From positions 1-30,150 of the IMG/VR virus record IMGVR_UViG_3300044267_003827: a DNA stretch of 30,150 bases, one strand, 5' to 3'. Below, one piece after another: positions 25,058 to 30,150 of this stretch (positions are counted from its first letter, which is position 1; each line of letters begins with the position of its first letter). A program made the position numbers and the translations under genes. Source of the DNA: a virus. Its lineage: Duplodnaviria; Caudoviricetes. Below the pieces are notes generated by a model. It saw only the letters and a list, made by a program, of their open reading frames with translations. It searched no databases and was not told where the DNA came from.

Positions 25058-26368
25058 CTACTCATCCTCGCTGGCAAATGTAGCCTCTCCTTCTGACATC
25101 CTCAGGACACTATAGTCTACATCCATGGGGACAGTAAACCGAGGTCTACCATTGCGAGACTTGATAACAAAAGCCCTCATCTTGCCCTCATCGAACTCCT
25201 CCTCTGATTGGTTAAGAGAGATGGCGAAATCACAAGTACGGATCTTACCGTAGGAGTCTCCGAGTTCTGCGTCTGTAATAACCTTTACCATGCGCCCTTG
25301 ACGATTGGTCTGGGTCGCAGTCCAAGTCAGGAAATCATGCTCCATAGCGACACCCCTAAGCTCTTCTGCGATCTTCTGCTGCGCGTGATACTCCTGTTGG
25401 ATCTCACGGGTCGGACGCAGAAGTTCAAGGTAGTCTACGATCAACAGGTCAGGCTCAAACTCATCATAGTTCTTCAACTGCACAATGAGATTCCTGATAG
25501 TGTTGACAGAGGCTTGGCCTGTAGGGAATTCCTTGATGACCAACTGAGATCCTGGAAACTCAGTCTGGAACATCTCCAGACGCTCCTTGACTGTGAGTTG
25601 ATTCGCAGGATCCTTAAGCTTGAACTGAGGCACAAGGGTCATGATAGAATCAAACCTCTGTGCGATCTTGTCCTCGCTCATTTCAAGTGAGATATATAAG
25701 ACTTTCCTGCCTTCAATCATTGAGTGTACGCCTTGGTTCACTAGGAACAAAGACTTACCAACCCCAGGAGGGGCAACAACCATAGCCATTTCCTTGGACC
25801 CCAATCCACCCTCTAGGGATTTATTGAGAGAAGGCAGGATCGTCTTATACTTTACCTGATTTTCCTTGTTAAAGATTCTATCCCATCGACCAGCGATGTC
25901 GCTGAAATAGTCTTGACCTGTATCTACGTCTCGATTGATGAGCAGAGCCTCTTTAACTAGAGCTTCAACCTCCTCAACTCGATCCTCTTTAATTAGCGAA
26001 ATACTTTGAGCAATTGCAGACTTCATCGCCTCCTTCTTAGCGAAGCCCTCAACAAGGTCCAGCATATACTCATCATTGCTGGTTGTGGAGGTGTCTACAT
26101 TGTTGATGTACGCAAGTTCATCCTCATAGTCTGAAGCATTCTCTCTCGCACCCAAAGAGGCCTTAACATCCTGAACAATAAAATCGTCCGTAGGTAGCTT
26201 GCTGTACTTCTCGTAGTGATCGTGGATTGCCTCAAAGATCTTGGCGTGAGAGGGGAACTCAAAGTACTCAGACTTTACTAGATTTACAATCTGTAGATAA
26301 AAGTCTTTGTTGGACTTGAGTAGATAGAGAATACCTCGTTGGATATTCTCGCTAAAATCGTATGCCAT
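25058..26368 (-). CDS. Replicative helicase (T4 gp41/DnaB-like)
   Basis: APPGVGKS, YISLEM, IKEFPTG, IVDYLEL, TATQTNR and KSRNG. Confidence 0.93.
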   Translation of the reverse strand: MAYDFSENIQRGILYLLKSNKDFYLQIVNLVKSEYFEFPSHAKIFEAIHDHYEKYSKLPTDDFIVQDVKASLGARENASDYEDELAYINNVDTSTTSNDEYMLDLVEGFAKKEAMKSAIAQSISLIKEDRVEEVEALVKEALLINRDVDTGQDYFSDIAGRWDRIFNKENQVKYKTILPSLNKSLEGGLGSKEMAMVVAPPGVGKSLFLVNQGVHSMIEGRKVLYISLEMSEDKIAQRFDSIMTLVPQFKLKDPANQLTVKERLEMFQTEFPGSQLVIKEFPTGQASVNTIRNLIVQLKNYDEFEPDLLIVDYLELLRPTREIQQEYHAQQKIAEELRGVAMEHDFLTWTATQTNRQGRMVKVITDAELGDSYGKIRTCDFAISLNQSEEEFDEGKMRAFVIKSRNGRPRFTVPMDVDYSVLRMSEGEATFASEDE

Positions 26369-26373
26369 GGTTG

Positions 26374-26907
26374 TTATTTAGTAGGTGGGGTTTTCTCGTT
26401 TTTATTAGGCTTTGCGATATCTAACTCCGTCTTTCCGATATCCTTATAGCCCATCTTGTTCGCCTTATCATAGGCTTCGGCGGTTAGTTTTCGAGAACTT
26501 TCAATCTTTTTCTCGGCAGCCTTCTGCCCTACCTTCTCTAGCCCACGCGACTCAGCAAATTTATCCCAATCTATACGGGCTCCCTTGTACCTAAAAGCTT
26601 CATCGTCCTGCGCTTTCTTGCTGGCTTTAATTTGTGTTCGTAGGAATCTATCTGCGGAGTCCTTGTCATACCCCTCTTCTGCCACCTTCTGATAGCGTCT
26701 TCTTACTGTATGGAAATCATTGGCGTTAGAATTCTTATTGCAATTTCCATCATCTTTAAACGAGACTCCTACATTTTGTTGCTGCCAGTACCTGCTGCAC
26801 AATTTGCCGCACTCAGGACACTTAGTTCTCTTGGGAGCTTTCCCTAAATCGCACTCTCTATCCCACCAGATGTTACAGTCTCTGCAAACCCACTCATACA
26901 TAGCCAT
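26374..26907 (-). CDS. FmdB-like zinc-ribbon protein with a long basic C-terminal extension
   Basis: MAMYEWVCRDC...KCPEC, start coupled to the RNR stop. Confidence 0.68.
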   Translation of the reverse strand: MAMYEWVCRDCNIWWDRECDLGKAPKRTKCPECGKLCSRYWQQQNVGVSFKDDGNCNKNSNANDFHTVRRRYQKVAEEGYDKDSADRFLRTQIKASKKAQDDEAFRYKGARIDWDKFAESRGLEKVGQKAAEKKIESSRKLTAEAYDKANKMGYKDIGKTELDIAKPNKNEKTPPTK

Positions 26908-28793
26908 TAGCAATCACCCCCTGTTAAGGAGCAAGCGTCACCAGCCGCAACTGCTGCATCTACCTTCTCTCCCATATGCTTCTTGATATTCTCCTCAGTA
27001 AAAGCGATTGCTTCTAGGGGCTCATTACCCTTAGAGCCAGCGCGATACACTGTAAGACCTTTGAGGTACGGAGCATAATCCAGTGCCGCTTGAGAAAATT
27101 CTTCAGGCGTAGAAGTAGAGGGAAGATTGATAGTCTTGGAGATGCAGGAGTCCATGTACTTTTGGATCGTAGCCTGTACCTTAATGTGGTCTTCGGGGGC
27201 CACATCATAGGCTCCGACAAAAGGTTCCAACGATTTTCCTTGGTCGTAATACTCTTGGAATAGCGGATCGACAACTAACTGCTCCTTCCAAGTGTTATTG
27301 TTCCTATACCTGCGATTATACATAGCAGAGAAGATAGGCTCAATGCCGCTTGATACTCCGTGGAGCATTGATATAGTACCACAAGGAGGAATTGTAAGCA
27401 TAACAGCATTTCTAATGCCGTACCTTTTAATAAGCATCCTAATCCTTGCAGGAAGGGTCTTTGCAAAGTCTTCATTCAAATATTTTTTATAGTCGAACTC
27501 AGGGAAGGGCTTCTTATCCCTTGCTAGATAGATAGACTGCTTATAAGCTTCGTCACGAATCGTACTGAAGAGACGATCCAAAAACTCCAAACACTTTTCA
27601 CTACCATATCTAATCCCAAGTTTAATTAACATATAGTGTAACCCAGTTACACCTAAACCAATTCTTCTCGATCTCTCTCCTACCAGCTTGCATTCATCTG
27701 TTGGGAAAGTATTGACCGTAAGAACATTATCTAAAAACCTAACCCCTGTCCGAACTGTTCGAGCCAATCTTTTCCAGTCCACATCCCCACCATTATCAAG
27801 AACCATATTGCTGAGATTAATATTAGCAAGGCAGCAATTTCCATAGGATGGTAAGGAGATTTCGCCGCAAGGGTTCGTCGAATCAAGGCTTTCAAAGTAC
27901 GAAACATTAGTATATCGGTTAGCTAGGTCAATATTATATATGCCAGGATCACCAGACTCTACAGAGTTTTTCCAAATTAAATCCCAGAGTTCCCTCGCTT
28001 TCATGTCTCTCTGACCTATAACCTCGAAAGCATCTGTCCAAAGTTTTTTATGAAAATTGTTTGCTCGGTTCAAAGCATCCTCTTCATCGAGGCCAATGAC
28101 ACTCACAATCTCTTCACCATTACGGCTCAGGTCATAAGAGTGATACTCCTTGTTATTAAAAGAAAAGTACCAATCTTCATCCAACTCTACTGCTTCCAGA
28201 AATCTATCCGTAATAGCAACCGAGATGTTAAAGTTATTAAGTTCACCTTGATCGAGCTTTACAGATAAGAACTCAAGTAAATCAGGGTGAGTGATATTAA
28301 GTATGCCCATAAGAGCGGTTCTACGATTTTTTCCTGCCCTGACATGTTCACCTACCTCGTTAATCATTTTAAGAACAGAGACTGCTCCTGGTGCGGAGTT
28401 CTTTACACTCCCGATGTGATCTCCCTTGGGTCTAATCTTGGAGACATTAAAACCTACGCCCCCACCAGCGCAAGAAATTCTGTACATATCTTGTACAGTT
28501 TTGCCAATGGAATCAACACTATCTTCTGGAATAATAACATAGCAATTAAGAAGATTATGATTCCCACGGTTACGGCCAGCACCAAAGATGATTCGACCCC
28601 CTGGAATAAGGTCCCCAGAACCGACTGCATCGTAAAAGTATTTTTCTGTCCTTTCTTTATCTTCATCTTTCTCTGCTGAAGCAATCGTCTTGGCGATGAC
28701 CTTAGCCCTCTCAGCCCATTTTGTTTCGCCAGGGTAAGCGTATCGTGATTCAAAAATCTCTTGACCGAGTTCATTCAGGTTTGCGTTCGCCAT
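26907..28793 (-). CDS. nrdJ: Ribonucleotide reductase, class II (adenosylcobalamin-dependent)
   Basis: PGGRI, NCYV, GGGVG, NNFNISV, TNPCGEI, RRIGLG, SSGIEP and a C-terminal Cys pair. No ATP cone and no beta subunit gene adjacent. Confidence 0.85.
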   Translation of the reverse strand: MANANLNELGQEIFESRYAYPGETKWAERAKVIAKTIASAEKDEDKERTEKYFYDAVGSGDLIPGGRIIFGAGRNRGNHNLLNCYVIIPEDSVDSIGKTVQDMYRISCAGGGVGFNVSKIRPKGDHIGSVKNSAPGAVSVLKMINEVGEHVRAGKNRRTALMGILNITHPDLLEFLSVKLDQGELNNFNISVAITDRFLEAVELDEDWYFSFNNKEYHSYDLSRNGEEIVSVIGLDEEDALNRANNFHKKLWTDAFEVIGQRDMKARELWDLIWKNSVESGDPGIYNIDLANRYTNVSYFESLDSTNPCGEISLPSYGNCCLANINLSNMVLDNGGDVDWKRLARTVRTGVRFLDNVLTVNTFPTDECKLVGERSRRIGLGVTGLHYMLIKLGIRYGSEKCLEFLDRLFSTIRDEAYKQSIYLARDKKPFPEFDYKKYLNEDFAKTLPARIRMLIKRYGIRNAVMLTIPPCGTISMLHGVSSGIEPIFSAMYNRRYRNNNTWKEQLVVDPLFQEYYDQGKSLEPFVGAYDVAPEDHIKVQATIQKYMDSCISKTINLPSTSTPEEFSQAALDYAPYLKGLTVYRAGSKGNEPLEAIAFTEENIKKHMGEKVDAAVAAGDACSLTGGDC

Positions 28794-28794
28794 G

Positions 28795-30150
28795 TTATCT
28801 TCCTTGTACCTTGGATATTCCTTTAGACTTTGTTATAGTCAGCGTCTTTACATTGTCCATCAAAGATTTTAAGTAATTATTATGTGTAATTACAAACAAA
28901 TTCTTATCTTTCTTTAATTCAGACAATAATATATAGAGCCCGTCAAGTCCATCTTGATCTAAATTTTCAGCTACCTCATCGAAAAACATTAAGTTGTTCT
29001 CAGACTTGTGAGATAGAGTGAGAAGTTGTTGAAGTCCTAGCATCACAGCGAGTCCTATCTTCCTCTTTTCACCACCCGACAGGGATATGTAGTTGATTTC
29101 CTGACCGTTGTGTAGTACTGTTTCTTTTAATTCCTGATCAAATTCTATAAAGAATTTACCTTTCGATAAGTGCGAAAGATAAAAGTTAGTTTTGCCATTA
29201 AAGTATGTTAAAATATTTCTGATGATATACTTGACCAGCCCTGCCTCGGAAAAAGCTTTCTCCCAGAAGCGCATAATCTCATACTCACTATTATACTCTT
29301 GTTTAATGTCATGCGCCTCCTGAATTTTCTCTTTTGTTTCTGTCTTTAAGTCCTCAAAAGTCTCAGTCTCTTTTTTAAGTTGGTTGTACTCAATAATCTT
29401 GTGGTATTCGGTGGAGGTTATGGGTAGTTCTTTTACTTTAGCTAAACACTCATCCCGCTGCTGTTCACATGCGGTCATCAGATCTAACTGCTCCTGGATC
29501 TCTACTTGAATTCTTTTAGGATGATAAGGCGTAGTGACAGGCTGACCGCACTTGTCACAAGGCTCTGACTCAGTAGGGTTCTTGAGTCTCTTATTGAGGG
29601 CAAGGATCTTCTGGTCCACCTCATTCATCTTGGTGCGAATACTAATCTTAGTTCTCTCTAATGCAGCGTTATCTCTCTCTGTACTAACCACTTCGTCTAA
29701 TGACAGGGCTAAAGTTGCTTCATCGTACTTGCCTTCAACAGCCTCTCTTAATTTAGATAATGAGAGTAGCTTCTTATCAAAGCTGTCTAAGCTCTTCTGA
29801 TGCTCATCTATGATGGCTGTTTGTTTCTTAATCGTCTGCGAAGCTTTGGATTTTAATTGTTTTACAGAATCTCTTAACTCGAATACGCTATCCATGTTCA
29901 GAAAATTCTTGATGATGGTCCTCTTATCCTCAGGTGTCGCGCTGATGAACTCAATGTTGTTCTGCTGTCCGAAGACAGTCGATGCCAAGAAGACTTTGTA
30001 GTTGGTCTTGAGATGCTCCTCAATCGCTTTCTGTGTGGCTAAAGCATTGTCTTGAGTCCTTTCCTCCCCTCCCACGAAAAACTTCAGGTAGGTCGGCTTC
30101 TTGCCTCTCTCGATGACCACATCCTTATCCACCGTTATTCTGACAGAGCA
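28795..30150 (-). CDS. T4 gp46/SbcC/Rad50-like recombination ATPase (5'-partial)
   Basis: VFGQ Q-loop, coiled coil with a CDKC zinc hook, LSGGEK signature, FFDEVAENLD Walker B and VITH. The frame is open to the window edge. Confidence 0.9.
   Translation of the reverse strand, partial: CSVRITVDKDVVIERGKKPTYLKFFVGGEERTQDNALATQKAIEEHLKTNYKVFLASTVFGQQNNIEFISATPEDKRTIIKNFLNMDSVFELRDSVKQLKSKASQTIKKQTAIIDEHQKSLDSFDKKLLSLSKLREAVEGKYDEATLALSLDEVVSTERDNAALERTKISIRTKMNEVDQKILALNKRLKNPTESEPCDKCGQPVTTPYHPKRIQVEIQEQLDLMTACEQQRDECLAKVKELPITSTEYHKIIEYNQLKKETETFEDLKTETKEKIQEAHDIKQEYNSEYEIMRFWEKAFSEAGLVKYIIRNILTYFNGKTNFYLSHLSKGKFFIEFDQELKETVLHNGQEINYISLSGGEKRKIGLAVMLGLQQLLTLSHKSENNLMFFDEVAENLDQDGLDGLYILLSELKKDKNLFVITHNNYLKSLMDNVKTLTITKSKGISKVQGR

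Noticed and set aside
25208-25690. 160-aa plus-strand ORF
   Set aside because: Antisense shadow of the helicase.
26907-28793. Intein or intron in RNR (also checked recA and helicase)
   Set aside because: The ORFs are continuous and of normal length, with no C/S...HN splice motifs or homing endonuclease seen.

Overview
This is a 30-kb fragment of a large tailed dsDNA phage with a T4-like replication module. Almost all genes lie on the minus strand and are tightly packed. From right to left it carries a gp46/SbcC-type ATPase (partial), a class II (B12) ribonucleotide reductase, a gp41/DnaB helicase, UvsY-like and gp32-like SSB genes, and an ~11-kb sugar-synthesis/glycosylation island. The island holds 6-7 glycosyltransferase-like genes including GT10 and GT11, an FkbM methyltransferase, a B12-radical SAM enzyme, a split ThDP enzyme with a SPASM radical SAM gene nested between its halves, and a GDP-mannose 3,5-epimerase. 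Further left are RecA/UvsX, DUF932, a single-ring Clp ATPase, four tRNAs separated by 1-nt spacers, a candidate small structured RNA, a thermonuclease, dCMP deaminase, three 2OG-Fe(II) hydroxylases and a DenV-like glycosylase. The only convincing plus-strand gene encodes a very basic protein built of two-cysteine modules separated by prohead-protease-like (hydrophobic-X-E) sites. The best candidates for new biology are (1) the radical-SAM/ThDP/B12 branched-sugar glycosylation island inside the recombination module, (2) the putative protease-processed polyprotein and (3) the promoter/stem/U-tract RNA between the tRNAs and the nuclease. All functional calls come from motif recognition by eye, with no database searches.
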